Positions 51,075 to 64,000 of a stretch of DNA of 64,000 nt are shown piece after piece. Source of the stretch: Podarcis tiliguerta. Its lineage: Eukaryota. A program made the translations under genes and the position numbers. The notes below the pieces were generated by a model. It was not told the origin of the DNA, ran no database searches, and saw only the letters and a program-made list of their open reading frames with translations. The stretch lies in assembly GCA_965153285.1 (NCBI GenBank), contig OZ229113.1. The stretch is one strand, 5' to 3'. Positions within the stretch are counted from its first letter, which is position 1. Every line of letters begins with the position of its first letter.

Positions 51075-51360
51075 GTGAATGGGCCTTTTCAATGGTGGTT
51101 CCCCGTTTGTGGAATGCTATAGCCAGGTGGCTTTGCTGGTGCCATTGTTATATATCTTCAGACACCAGGCAAAAACATTCCTTTTTAACCAGGCCTTTGG
51201 CTGTTTACTATCTAGGCCATTTTAGAGAAGGTCTGTATGTTTTTAATGTATTATTTCCTCTGGTTTTGATGCATGTATGAGGTTCTTTAATTTTTTGTAA
51301 GTCGTTTTGAGTTGTCATGACAAGAAAAAATAAACTTATAAATTTAATTAATAATAATAT
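51075..51360 (+). mobile_element. L2 3' end
   Basis: gggccttttcaatggtggttccccgtttgtggaatgct (AFSMVVPRLWNA), tgtaagtcgttttgag, (AAT)n tail. Confidence 0.8.
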
Positions 51361-51999
51361 TCTGAATTAATATAATACTGATATATTAAAAACCAGGATT
51401 GCATTACTAGCATAAACTTGACATAAGCGCAAAGGCTTCAGCAAACTGGGCTGCAATAAACGATTCAGTAAAATTGGCTCTTAGAGTAGCTCTGAATGTT
51501 TTTCAAATTGCAACTTTCAGTAAAGGCTGTGCCTTGATGAATGCACAAAAACTTTCAATTACATGCACAACTCTGTGTAACATAGGGATTTGGGGTTGGG
51601 CGGTTCTCCAAAGAAGAAGGTTAATTTATCTTTCTTACTAGGCATCAATGAAGCCATACCTCTTGTTGACACATGCTACCTAGAGCCAAGTTATGAGTAA
51701 TGGCTTTCAGCCAGGATACAAATATGGTCCGTTTGGAACCATAATTTGCATTCCTCAGTTCCTCCTTTGGAGAATATCTACTCTCAATAAACCCTCCATC
51801 CTGATAAACAGTGAACCTCATTACATGCCTGTAATGTTTTCTTAACTCTATCTATTTCCATGAAGACTGAACTCAGGGAATCTTGGGTTGGAAGACCAGC
51901 CACATACACTCCCCTTCCGTATTCCAACTGTTAGGAGGGTAGCTCATGTGGGGGAATGAACAGGAGATGCATAGCTTTCTGTCTCTGTGTGGGCAAGTA

Positions 52000-52010
52000 C
52001 ACATACGCAT

Positions 52011-52043
<33 letters not shown>
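52000..52043. repeat. (CA)n(TA)n compound microsatellite
   Basis: Direct observation. Confidence 0.92.
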
Positions 52044-53384
52044 ATTGTTTTTAGACAGGATATTTTTTTTAATGTTATGTACTGTAGTTTACCTTTATGC
52101 TTACAGAATAATACAAAAACATTTCATTGCAATGCTGCATACATAATGTCAGTTGGAAAAAAATGTTGCCTGGTCAACTCTGCCATCATTCTAGGTCCTA
52201 GAGAATATAGCACATCATTCTCATTCATGCCTACAGTAAATATCATTTCATGTAAATATTGTTTTAGTATTTGCCTCACTAAGCATCTTAGGTTTTCAGT
52301 CCTATAATTTAACGTACCATTGATAGTGTCTTTTATGAAGGACTTTCTTTTGAGAGTAATACGCTTAAGGGCTTGGGCTCCCCTCCAGTTGCTTGTATAT
52401 CAGCTCCACTGGTGGTCATCTTTTTTTCATCACCATCTGGAGGTCCATTCATTTACACTTTAGTTTCTGCTCGTCCTGATTATAGTATCCCACTGATCCT
52501 GTCCTGCACCTTTTGCTTTTTAACAGGATCCCCCTTCTGTGCTCTGACACTATAAAGCACTTAATAGCACATGATTAGCTTGTACATCAATACATGGGTC
52601 TTTTGAGGACTGAAATTGGTCTTCATCTTCTTTGGCTTCGGAAGACAAAGATATAGCCTAGAGAACCAACAGCTTCCCTTGGGTATTAAGAGAACAGTCG
52701 AAGTACAGAAAGCTGAGTGATTTCAAATAAACCTATTGGATGATACAGTTCCATAGATGATAATGGTCTGGTGTTGCCTTTATATCTACTGGTTGCATAT
52801 TATGTGTTTCTTGAGTACAAAATTACTATATAAAATATTAATATATTGTATGCAACTAGGCAGTTATAACTATGCTACTGTGATTGTGCAGGAATGCTCT
52901 ACATATTTAGTAACAGGCATATTTCCCTTGATATTACACTGTTTTATTGTGTTGTAAAGGGTGAGTAGACTTAATAGCTTTTGGGCTACTTATAGGACAA
53001 AACCAATCATTGTTATGGAGATTTGGAATTATGTCTTGCAAGGCAAATTTTGATAGGCTTAGGGTCTTCCCCTGCCTTAAATCTCTCATTTAACAGAAGG
53101 ACTTCATTTTTTTATGTCAACCACAGTGAATCCTTTGATCAAAATTCTTGTTTTACAATGTTATGTTAAAAACTCACACCAAGCCAACTACTCTCTGAAG
53201 GTAGAGTGGCATTTATAAAATATTTCCACCTGACTGAGGTCTTTTTCTCACGTAAAGTTCTATTTAAGAGTGTCTTCAGTTACTGTATTATATTTAAGAG
53301 TGTGACTAAGGTGAAGTATGAATCAGAAAAATGCAGGACAAAATTGGGGTTTTGTCCACTGTGTGCAGAATTGCTTGTGGCACT

Positions 53385-54676
53385 GTGCTGTAAGCCTACC
53401 TTTTTGGCTCCTTGGGCCAGATCCTTATCAAGACTGACCTTGTGGGCTAAGTCTTACAGGTAGGCAGGGCTGAGAACATGTCAATCACATAAAATCATCA
53501 TCATCACCATAATTTATTATTTATACCCCCCCCCCCAAATCTGGCTGTCTTACCCAGCCACTCTGGGCGGCTTCCAGCAAAATATTAAAATACAGTAATG
53601 CATCAAACATTAAAAGCCTCCCTAAACAGGGCTGCCTTCAGATGTCTTCTAAAAGTCGGGTAGTTGTTGTTCTGGTGGGAGGACGTTCCACAGGGTGGGT
53701 GCCACTACCAAGAAGGCCCTCTGCCTGGTTCCCTGTAACTTGGCTTCTTGCAGTGAGGGAACCGCCAGAAGGCCCTCTGCGCTGGACCTCAGTGTCCGGA
53801 TAGAACGATGGGGGGTGGAGACGCTCCTTCAGATATACTGGACTGAGGCCGTTTAGGGCTTTAACGGTCAGCACCAACACTTTGAAATGTGCTCGGAAAC
53901 GTACTGGGAGCCAATGTAGGTCTTTCAAGACCAGTGATATGTGGTCTTGGCGGCCGCTCCCAGTCACCAGTCTAGCTGCCGCAATCTGGATTAGTTGTAG
54001 TTTCCGGGTCACCTTCAAAGGTAGGCCCATGTAGAGTGCATGGCAGTAGTCCAAGTGAGACATAACCAGAGCATGCACTACTCTGGTGAGGCAGTCCGTG
54101 GGCAGATAGGGTCTCACTTGATTGACAATTGGGTGCCCACTTCTCACAATCCTTTGTGTGGGGTTTCCAGGTGCTAGACATCCAGCTGGCTGTTAGACAC
54201 TTGGGAACCTGCAGTGGTCCGGAAGCTCAAACAGGAGCATAGGAACTGCCTTAATTTTTTTTTTCAAAAGCGCTCTTTGAAGCAGCTCTGTGTTACTCCT
54301 TTAAGCAGGCAGGTGGTACGGGGGGGGGGCGGTTGAGGGAGAGGAGAAAAACTTATATGGCACAAGCTCATCTTCTCTGCTCACCCACTTGCTGAATGAA
54401 GTATGGAGCTGTTACAGAGAGCACTTTGGCAAAGGCCTTTAACCTCTGTCCATCAGCTGATGAGTGGGGATGAAATCCTGCTGCCTTTGTGATTTTGTTC
54501 TATCCTGGGAATAGGGCACACAGCCAACGCACATTTAACCCTGTCATCCTGTCCATTAGCTTGCATCACCAGTGACACCAGCTGATGGGTGTGATTTGGG
54601 GGAAATAGCATCGTGGGCCAATTAGACCTCAGAGCAAGCCAAATTTGGCCCACAGGTTGAAAGTTCCTCACCCTTG
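53385..54676. mobile_element. Decayed hAT-like element split by L2
   Basis: Left acctttttggctccttgggccagatcc; right aaatttggcccacagg..aaagttcctcacccttg; internal inverted tgtcaatca/tgattgaca flanking the L2. Confidence 0.55.
53495..54119 (-). mobile_element. L2 LINE 3' fragment (~620 bp), relatively young
   Basis: VRPYL..LTRVVHALVMSHLDYC.ALY.GLP...KLQLIQ.AAARLVTG..R.DHI..VLKDLHWLPV.FR..FK; 3' UTR and short-repeat tail. Confidence 0.95.
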
Positions 54677-54997
54677 AGCTATGATATAGCACAGGATGGG
54701 AGCAAATGTTACCCAGTAGAAGGCAAACAGGGATTCTTTCCTGGTTGTCAGCACTATAGTTACTAGACTGGAGCACAGGATAGAGAGGGAAAAAATACAT
54801 TTCTGCATTACCAACACAACATGGTTCTTCTGCGCCCTAACCCTTTGCAATACGTGAATGTTACTCAGTTTTGTAGGGAGGCCCACCCTGACACATCACT
54901 GAAAGGGAGGCCCAACTTCACACACAGCATGCAAATGAGGCTGCAAAGTTATAGGGGTTGTCTGCCTCATCCCTATATATTGAGGAATGGTCTATGC

Positions 54998-55133
54998 CAG
55001 GCTTCCTAAACCTCGGCCCTCCAGAAGTTTTTGGCCTACAACTCCCATGATCCCTAGCTAGCAGGACCAGTGGTCAGGGATGATGGGAATGTTAGTTGCA
55101 AAACATCTGGAGGGCCGAGGTTGAGGAAGCCTG
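54998..55133. mobile_element. Palindromic hAT MITE (136 bp), young
   Basis: TIR CAGGCTTCCTAAACCTCGGCCCTCCAGA / TCTGGAGGGCCGAGGTTGAGGAAGCCTG; perfect 8-bp TSD GTCTATGC. Confidence 0.96.
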
Positions 55134-57846
55134 GTCTATGCTTATAGTGTGGGTGTGTATAATGTATATCCCCCTATAACATTACAACTTTAGTTCACAT
55201 GGGAAATCAGAGCCCCAGAAAACTGGACTGTGGCTAGATGATATTACTCCAATGAGAACACACAGTTAAGCATAGGAATATTAACTTTATACAGAGGGAG
55301 AAGACAGGGACAATATTTATTCTTTCACACAACAATCACATCTTTCAGCAGGACTCAAATGGGAACAGGATTCAGTGAATCTGGACCCAGTACTGCAGTT
55401 CTGTCACATTGCTGTACTTTTTTTTTATATGTGGGACTTGCATGCCATTTAACTGGCAGTGTATCACATCCTATATACTAGAAGTGATCTCAATTATCCA
55501 GATGCTGGTGCTCATATAACCAAAATGGCATGGCAACATTAAGGTAATAGCGAGCTTGGAGGAACCACAAAGTTTGCAGAAGTGTAGAAAACCTTTTGGA
55601 GGCAGGCCCTTAAGGAGTGGATCCCCAAAACAGTCTGATGAAGACTGAGCAATGGTCAGTGGGCGTGAATGCTAACTGACTGCTAGGGGTTGGGATAGAA
55701 TAACAGATGGAAATGAAATGGAATGGACTTTCCTAAATAAGCACACTCCATACTGCAATATTTTGTTGCAGGTTCGACATGCAATAATTGGTTTTGGGCT
55801 TTTCCTTGAATAGCATTTACAGTAGCTGAAAGTATTCATTTCAACAATATTCATGTTATTTTGATGCTGTTTGGTGCCCTTTTGTTTCCTTGGCTGCTTC
55901 TGCTTCTCAAAGCCATTATCTTTCTTTCTTTCTTTGCCCTCAGCTTCATTTGTTTTCTCAGCTACTTAATCCTATTAGCTCTGAGATCAATCTGATTGTG
56001 TGTTGTGATGTCATCAAGAAAATTGCTAGAGTTGCCAACAACCTGAGAATGGTGGCAGTGAGACTAAAGAAGGGGAGGAAATGGTGCAAAGTAGCAGCAG
56101 TTAGATCGATATACAAGTGTCTAGATAGGGCTAAGCCCTGTCCATCTGCAGTGATGCATAGAAGAAAATGTAGTTTGTGGTGTTCTAGTGGTTTATACCT
56201 TTAAATATTTTGGGGGGAAATAATGTACAAATCGCAGAGCTACATTTCAAAACAGCTCTGTGAAATGCATTTGCAAAATGGAGCACAGCAGCCACCCCTT
56301 TCCCTGCTGTACAATATCGTTGTTTAATTGCTTCATACTATGTGCCCTGTTGTGATGTTCTAAATGTATTGGGAAGAAGCATCTATTCTGTAGTCTGATT
56401 GCTTACAAAGGGATGCTGTGCCTCTTTGGTCTTTTCCCGGAGGAGTTGGGCAGTTTGCCAGTGTTTCATTTTGAAGTGCCATTGTTCACCTAAGGCCTGT
56501 GCAAAAAGCTTTGGCTTATTTATTACTAATCCTTGCCTAAGTAATGACCATTTTAATCCCTTTAGTCTGCCTAACAAATTTATCAGACAATGACACCAAA
56601 CACACAATGTCACAAATACCTTTGACATTTATTTTTTCCATTTAATAGGTAATTCTGAAATTCACACATCCCTTGAATGGCTTTATTGGTTCATGAAGTC
56701 TGGCTTTATGAGCATCCCATTGACAAAATATAAATCTAAATCACTTTTGGAGGGCTCTTTTCAATGTGGTTTCATTAGTTACCATCTTGACAACATAGCA
56801 ATTGAGTGAGTAGCCAGGTTTATTACCATCCTTAATCCTTCTGAATGTGAACCTTTGTTGCATGCTGAGTACATATCCATATAGACTCATTCAATATTCA
56901 TATGCATTATAGGTTTGGAAGAAAATTGTTTTACTAAATAACTCTCACTGTTTTATTGATATACTAGAAAGACTGGGGAAATGCATGGTTTAAAAAGATC
57001 ATGATTTCAGGATGAGTTCATGCTGTGGTCCTAAGTGAAATAGGTTTTGCAGAACAAGTTTAATTCTTACAAGCCAATCCTACAGGTATAGTCATAGTGG
57101 CTTAACCCATGTGTATGAAATGCTGCAGCTTCAGTGGCATCCTATGCCAGACAGTGTCATGCATGCCAGTTGTGGTCCAAAATTAAATGTTTATTATTAA
57201 ATATTACGCATTTGTGGTTGTGGGCTGCTTTCTCTCTGGTCAGTTCTGTGCCAGGCAACAGCTTTTCCTGGTACCACTATGCCACACCTGCCTATCATGT
57301 CATAGCTGAAGGTATGCCATAGGAAGTGTGATGGTTGCTTTGTCAAAGAGAATCTCACACCCACTAAATGAGGACTGGAAGACAAGGAGCAAAACTTGTA
57401 TGCTAGGTCAGTGGCTGTGTAGGTTGCTCAATAAATAACTACTGTATTGTGCCAAAGCTAAGTTTTACAGTTTTGTAGCCTTGATCTCTGGCTGTGAAGT
57501 GGCACCTTTCATTTCAGTTGAGCTGTGAAGGTGTTGTGGGACAAAGCTCATGCGTTGAACTGTCTAAACTCTTCCTGTTTACCTTAGCTAATCTATTTTG
57601 CAGCTGTTTGTAGCTACAGAGGTAACAGCAATTTTGTTCATTCCTGCCAAGTACAACAGAGTATAGCTCTGGAAGAGAGGGATGAGTTGCCCGATGGCTT
57701 AAGCAACTTGTTTCTGCATAGTGCAGGAAGACAGGCAAGCCTTCTACATTGCCTTAATAATCAGACAATTTTGCCTTCTCTTCTGCCTCTGTACTCTGCA
57801 GTACAGAGATTACTGCACTGCTGAGTGGACTCAGGTAAACTAAATA

Positions 57847-58082
57847 CAGTGGTACCTCGGTTTAAAACTTAATCCATTCCAGAAGTCTGTTCTTAAACTG
57901 AAACCGTTCTTAAACCGAGGTGCACTCTCCCTAATAAGCCTCCCGCTGCCAGTGCCCTTCCACTGTTTTGATTCCTTTCTTAGACTGAGGTAAAGTTCGC
58001 AAACCGGGACACTACCGGTTTTGTGGAGTTTGCAAACCGAATAGTTCCTAAACAGGGCCGTTCTTAAACCGAGGTACCACTG
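57847..58082. mobile_element. Tc1/mariner MITE, uninterrupted inverted sister of 15051-15645
   Basis: TA|CAGTGGTACCTCGGTTTAA ... TTAAACCGAGGTACCACTG|TA. Confidence 0.94.
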
Positions 58083-58654
58083 TAATTGGTAAGAAATGCT
58101 ACAGATATCAAATGCCGCTTTTCTAATATGGCTGGTTTACAGATTAATTTACCAAGACTTAATCCACAATCATTCACCTAACATGTAGCTAGCTGAAAAT
58201 GTCACAAAACATGTCTTCTAAGCCATTAAAAATAAACAAACACTGTGCTTTCTTGTTTAGGCCTAGAATTTGGCAGAGCATCTGATATTGGTACTGAAGT
58301 CTTCATTTCACATTTTAGCCTATATATTTATTTTCTGTGTTAGCCGATTACTTGAGCTTTTCATGCAGCACTCAATATTTTTCTTGTGAACAGCCATTTA
58401 TATTTCTTCAGACAGTGCCAGGGGCACATTTCAGATTGGGTGATTACATGATTTCTATTCTATGCATCAACAGCGATCTTGTGAGAAAATAAAAGATGCA
58501 GCTCTGGACTGATATTTCTACTTCAGCTCAGCAAATAGGCATATTGGGCAACCACATATTTTTTATGTTTACATATACGGAAGTAGAATGAAACGTTGCC
58601 ATTGAATAAGGGTTTAGCAAGCGGAACTCAATGTCAGTATTCCCTCCCATTGGT

Positions 58655-59140
58655 GGGGCATCCATCTGCCTTGGGAAACAAATCAAAGTGTCCACCTTTG
58701 GGGGTAAAGTAAAACAGTTGGAGAGTTCTAGTGTCTTCTGTGGCTGTGGACCAATATGGGAAAGACATGTTTTATTGCAGGTGGGGCAGATGAAGGTGTC
58801 CGGTTCTGCTGCTACAGGTTGACTATGACATTTCTTCTCTCTCTCCACCTCCCAGTGGTCATTCCTTCTCTGCTCACTGCTGTGGATACACGGCCTGACT
58901 GATTGTCTCCTGGCACTGTGGTTATCTGTAAGGGATTCCCACATGGCAGGGTTAATGTTGCCGATGTTAATTTCATGTTTGCAGATGCCTTTGTTACACA
59001 GAACTGGTTTGCCAATGGGCCTGGTGCCTGAAGCCAGCTCCCTGTAGAGCCTGTCCTTGGGGACTCTGCCATCTTCCATTCTGTGTATGTGACAAAGCCA
59101 GCATAGACGTGTTTGAGAAGTGCGAATGTGCTGTGAATGT
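58655..59140 (-). mobile_element. RTE-clade LINE 3' fragment
   Basis: QTRLCWLCHIHRMEDGRVPKD.LY.EL.SG.RP.G.P...WE.L..N..A.R...FICPTCNKTCLSHIG: RTE C-terminus with C2H2-like finger. Confidence 0.9.
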
Positions 59141-60098
59141 GGGTTTGGGAGAGCTGCCACCTGTTCCCACATACGACCCCTTGGTGACCTAGCTGTTTAA
59201 TCCAGTTGGCTCAGGGGAAGACCATCACTGCCCAGTTAGTCTACAAGGGAACACCTGCATTGTTGTACCTACTGGTAACTCAGTTCCTGTGTTTATTGTC
59301 ATTTCATATCCCTTCCATCCAGCTTTGCCCTTTCACCAGATAGAAAGTTTGCATATGATTTGGCTGTCTGCCATTCAGTATTGCCCCGTTTTATAATCTA
59401 CTTGCTTTGTTTTGTGACGTTATAGCTAAATAGTTGGGATTAGTGGTGGGAATAAAACAATTTTTCGGATTCTGCAGTATTTCCCTTTGAAATTTGATAT
59501 TTTTACTAATCCGTAATTAAAACTCAAATTTATATGTATACTCTTCTTAATATGATCATTTCTAGCTGCTAAGGATTTGGGAAGAGATCCAAGTATACAT
59601 ATTTTTGTTACTTTTGCATAAGTTACTAAATCATAAGCTACTAAGGCTGGGTACACACTCCCATTCACTTTGTATCCAGTGTGCTCCCACTGCTGGTTTG
59701 GGAAGCGGTATACACAAGGCATTAGCCACAATCCATATCTAACTTGCATCTATCCTGCCATTTCTTATGAAATAAGGAGTTTTGATGTGTTTTTCTCCAA
59801 ACCAGCTTCAGTACAAATTGAGAAAAAGAATGACCCAGCTGTGTTTTAAGCTTGTAACATGCACACAGCCTAAGTGTCCATCATTATAAATTAGTATACA
59901 TATAACTTGTTCCAGTTCTTGACAGATACAAATATAATAACTGAAAGGAAAATACAGCTGATGCTGAAAAACAATTTCATTACTATTATCCCCAAACATT
60001 GTTTAGCTATAATAATTTAGTGTAATAAAACAACTGTGTTTTCAAGGCAAGGGTTTGTTATGTTGGTGGGAGTGGTGGCACATTAAATATCAGGCCAG

Positions 60099-60482
60099 TA
60101 AAATTCCCAACTGGCCAGAAGCAAATTTGGGGGCTCATGTGCTTTTAACAGGGCCTTACTGTGCAGAATAGAGCAGGTGACACTTTCCATGGCAGGAAGC
60201 TAAACATCCTTACCTGCTAATTGCTGCAGATCAAAAGGACAGCTTTAGGGGCCAGTTCAAAAGCTGATTATAGAAACCAAATAAACCAGGATTTTTTTGG
60301 CTATTAGTGTTGCCAAATTTGAAGCAGCCCCTGTAGCTGTCTAACAGCACTTTGATCTACAGCAATTAGCAGGTGACAATGCTTATCTCAAGGCCATGGG
60401 AACCTTTACCTGCAAAGCAAACCTCTGTTGAAGGCACTAGAGTACGCTAGGGCAATTTTTTTCTAGCCAGATGAGAACCCTA
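60099..60482. mobile_element. Old fold-back (palindromic) DNA element
   Basis: Arms complementary over ~160 bp, including acctgctaattgctgcagatcaaa / tttgatctacagcaattagcaggt. Confidence 0.7.
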
Positions 60483-62763
60483 TTGATTTTTATATTGCAA
60501 ACCTGAAATTAATTTTATTTGTCAGTTCTTAATTTCGTACAATTTTCTGCTTACTGTCACTCATTTTCTAGCTGATCTGTTGCAAAAACAAGAAATCTTT
60601 ATCTGGGATTTGGATACTCTTTGCTGTGAAATATTTGACTAAAAAAATCATATTGCTCACTCTTGAGTATGCTTGAAGCTCTCCTTCGCTTTCCATACCT
60701 GCAATACCTCCCCCAGCATATCTATATTCTGTGCAAACTTTCTCCCCATATAAAAGCAATCAGGTGAAGCAAGGAATTCATAAGGCACAATGATAAATGG
60801 GTTGCCAAAGCACCATAATCCCCCTTGCCCCATCTGTAGAAGCACTTGCTGGCTTTCTTGGTAGCATCACTAGTGATGAGAAACATCTTAAGGGATTATT
60901 TCGACAGATGTCATTTTCTAGCAATAGCTCCTCAAAATGTCAATGAACAGAAAGGAAAATATTGTTCTTTGATCTGCTATAACTCATGGCCTATATACAT
61001 TTTTGTAAACATGCAGTAGTCTGGTTTAATGGACAAAAGGTTACACTGTTTCTTCCTTCTGGAAAGCTCCAGTTCCCAGTTGCAATCTGTATTAGGAAGA
61101 GATGTGTGTTGCAATCATTTTCTCTCTACAAAACACCCACACACAGCCTTTTGTGCTCCTTTGTGAGAGGTGAGAAACTCTTTGCAAGGCATATTGGAGA
61201 AGGTCACACATCCACATTGTTGAGAAATCATGAGCATTTCTCACATACATGATTCAATTTTACATTTTGAGATGAACAGTGATGCTGACACTGCTTTCAG
61301 TGGGGCGTCATTCGCTTAGTAATATAAATGCATATACCTATCTCTATTTTACCTCACCTAGTTATGAACTTTGTGCCACTAAAGTTGGCCTGAGACAAAA
61401 GATTTGGCATGCAACACTGGCAGACAATGAGACTCCCAGAGCAGTGTAGATGACAGGGCATATTGGCACAGTTGCTTTGCCACAATGCAGCGTCATCCTT
61501 CTCCTTAATTCAGGATAAGGACTAAAAGGGGGCTTAATTACCCCGTGTTATATCCAAATTTGATTAGCTATGTGGTCCCATGAAATCATTTCACTATGTG
61601 ATCCTGATTGGCTGAGATCACATGACAAAAAGTAGGGACAAGAGGAGGAGGACCACAATTATGGATTCTCCCCAAACATGCCTCCAAGTGTGGTTGGGCC
61701 ATGTATATAGGCTCTCTACGTTGCCCTCCACGTATAGAACAAAGACATGATCCAGCCCACTCTCAGATACATTGCAGAGGCATTGCATGAATGTAAAGTA
61801 TTTGAGGCGGTGTGGAGAAGTGGTAGAGATGAAACCTGGGGATAAATTTGTGGAAGTAGTGTGAGAGAGTATCAATTTGGTAATGACTCAGGATATGAGA
61901 TAAGATGAACAGCAACACATAGAAAAAGAGAAACATGGGGAGGGAAATGAACCTCTGGATGAACCCATAAAATGAAACAAGGGTAATGTCCTTGAATAAC
62001 TGAGGATCTGGTGCTTCCCAGTGTGTAAAAGGGAACTCCCAGACAAGAGCCACAACATAAAATAAAATTAAGAAATAAAGCATTTCCTTGACATCAATTA
62101 AGAGATTTTATGTGTACTAGAAGAGAATATCAGATATTTTGGCTGCAGTCCACAGGCTGATTATTCTGGAATAGTGCCATTGTCTTTAATTTTGTACTTC
62201 AGAGTAAGTGAAGGCTGCTGCAGATGTCATTTCAACCAAATATTTAATGTGGTTATTGTATCAGAACTCCAGTTCCATTCAATTTAACCCAAATGTAAAT
62301 ATGGTTATGTATATGTATCTATAGACATAATTTCATCAGGCCATTTCTGAATGAAGAACATGACGTCAAAACTGCCACTGATAGTTGAAGTATAAAATCC
62401 AATGTCTTAATGATAATTAACTTGTGCAATAGTCTACAATTAGGTAGCACCCATCCCTAGGGCTGCATCATTGTATTAGAAGTACCACCACCTTTTCCCT
62501 TTTGCTTATTCGTTGTTGTTTTTTAAGTGATGGATAGGATGGAAAGATAGAAGCACATACAATAGAGAAAAATTAAAGTGGGTCCCCTGGTAAACTGGGT
62601 TTGAAAAACTTGATATATTACTGGATTAAGAGGATTTACACAATTTATTTGATGGGCTCCCACATTTATGCCTGCTGGAGAGAGCATGGAAGGGTTTTTT
62701 TTTTAAGCCCTGGGCAATATGAAGATTAGGGAGAAAGACTGATAAAGGTATTGTATTCCTCTA

Positions 62764-63000
62764 TGTCATGCCCTTCCTTGAGGACTTATGAGGATAACGA
62801 GTGGGAGGAAGAGGCCATGATTCAGAGCCCTTCCAGTCAAGCCTCTGACTTGCCAGGGGAGGGCAAGATCTCCACAGCACAGAATGAGGTGTCAGGGTTA
62901 GAGGAAAGCCAGACATTTTCTCTAGGGCAACAGTGGCACATCAGTAGGCAGGAGCAGGAGCAGGAGTAGTAGTTGGTTTCAAGGACTCAGTTGGTTAAAG
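62764..63000 (+). mobile_element. Probable Gypsy LTR 5' fragment
   Basis: Starts TGTCATGCCC then purine-rich, acidic-reading segment, as I recall for squamate Gypsy LTR starts; no 3' end found. Confidence 0.45.
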
Positions 63001-64000
63001 CAATTTCTACTATGTCAGGGAAAGACTTTTGGCTGAAAATCATCCAAATCACATGAGCACAACGTCACACATCATTTACCATGTGACTCCAAACCCATGC
63101 TGATGGAATCCAAAATGGTAATATTTTTGTGTGACTGTGCCAAAGACATTCAGGTTATGGTCCAAAGTGATGATATTTGTTTTATTGCTGGTTTAGCTCC
63201 CATGGACACAGGATGCAAACAGTTATCTTGTGGCAAAGTAACACAGTACATCAAATGCAATTCTCAACTTATTTGGAACCACCAACATAACCACTGGTGA
63301 GATATTACTAAATATGAGAGCCCCTTCTCTGCTATTACATTTGCAGGAGAGGAAGATTCTTATCATTGTTTCACTCAGGAATGTGCATGAAGAAGCAGTG
63401 GTGAAATTTGCTCACCAAGCATTTTACTTAAATATCCACTTCTCTAGCAGTCTGAAAATGATTCCCTGAGTGCCTGCCATTAATGCTATAGCTGTAGTGA
63501 AGCCAGGTGCCTTACAAAGCTCCTAGATGGTTTAGGGCAGTCCAAAACCAATTAATCAATGCCAGGCTACATGATGATTTATGACTTAGTACATTGCTTT
63601 ATACTTTGCTGTTCTGAACTGAAACCATTCCAGAGAGCTCACTGGAAAAACAGATATACCTTTATTTTAGAGAGACACTGTGATGGCATTGATTGAATTT
63701 CATAGACTGAGACTGGGATCAAGTAGTGATGTAGATCTTTTCAATGCACAAAACTTAGAATCTGGCATAGAGCATCTGAAAAAAATTCAACTTTCTAGAA
63801 GATGCAAGATCCGTTAAATTAGTGGTGGTCTGTATTTTCTTTCTGACTGTCTTTCTGACAGTGACGAGCAACTGAAGAGACCTCCAACTTCTAACTGTGA
63901 AGAGTGTAACCACTAACTTGGCAAAATGCAAATGTGTCAAACAGTAAGTTAGTGTTTATATAGAAGCCACTGGCTATGAAGATCTGGAACTCCCCTAGCC

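Noticed and set aside
58528-59172. Longest ORF (214 aa) as a host zinc-finger gene
   Set aside because: It is a decayed RTE LINE C-terminus running into flanking DNA.

Overview
AT-rich, CpG-depleted vertebrate genomic DNA. The repeats point to a squamate reptile, most likely a lacertid lizard: Sauria-type SINEs with (ACCTTT)n tails, CR1, L2 and RTE LINE fragments, and many TA-flanked Tc1/mariner-pogo and 8-bp-TSD hAT MITEs. I cannot support any intact host protein-coding gene, so the window reads as intergenic or deep intronic. The only ORFs with recognisable protein similarity are decayed LINE pieces: CR1 ORF1 esterase and ORF2 endonuclease, a CR1 RT fragment, the L2 C-terminus and the RTE C-terminus. 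Points worth follow-up: two CR1 copies that each lost the RT domain at different junctions; an (AAAC)9 microsatellite apparently born inside CR1 coding sequence; nested insertions (a SINE in a MITE, with an empty sister copy in the same window, and an L2 in a hAT MITE); a set of Tigger/pogo-like MITEs that share a scaffold but differ in their repeated subterminal motif; several long hairpins; a promoter-like solo LTR; and a few non-repeat CpG-retaining patches (best: 14470-14930) that may be regulatory elements or unannotated exons. No evidence of a wholly new biological system was found. Family names are from recognition, not database searches.
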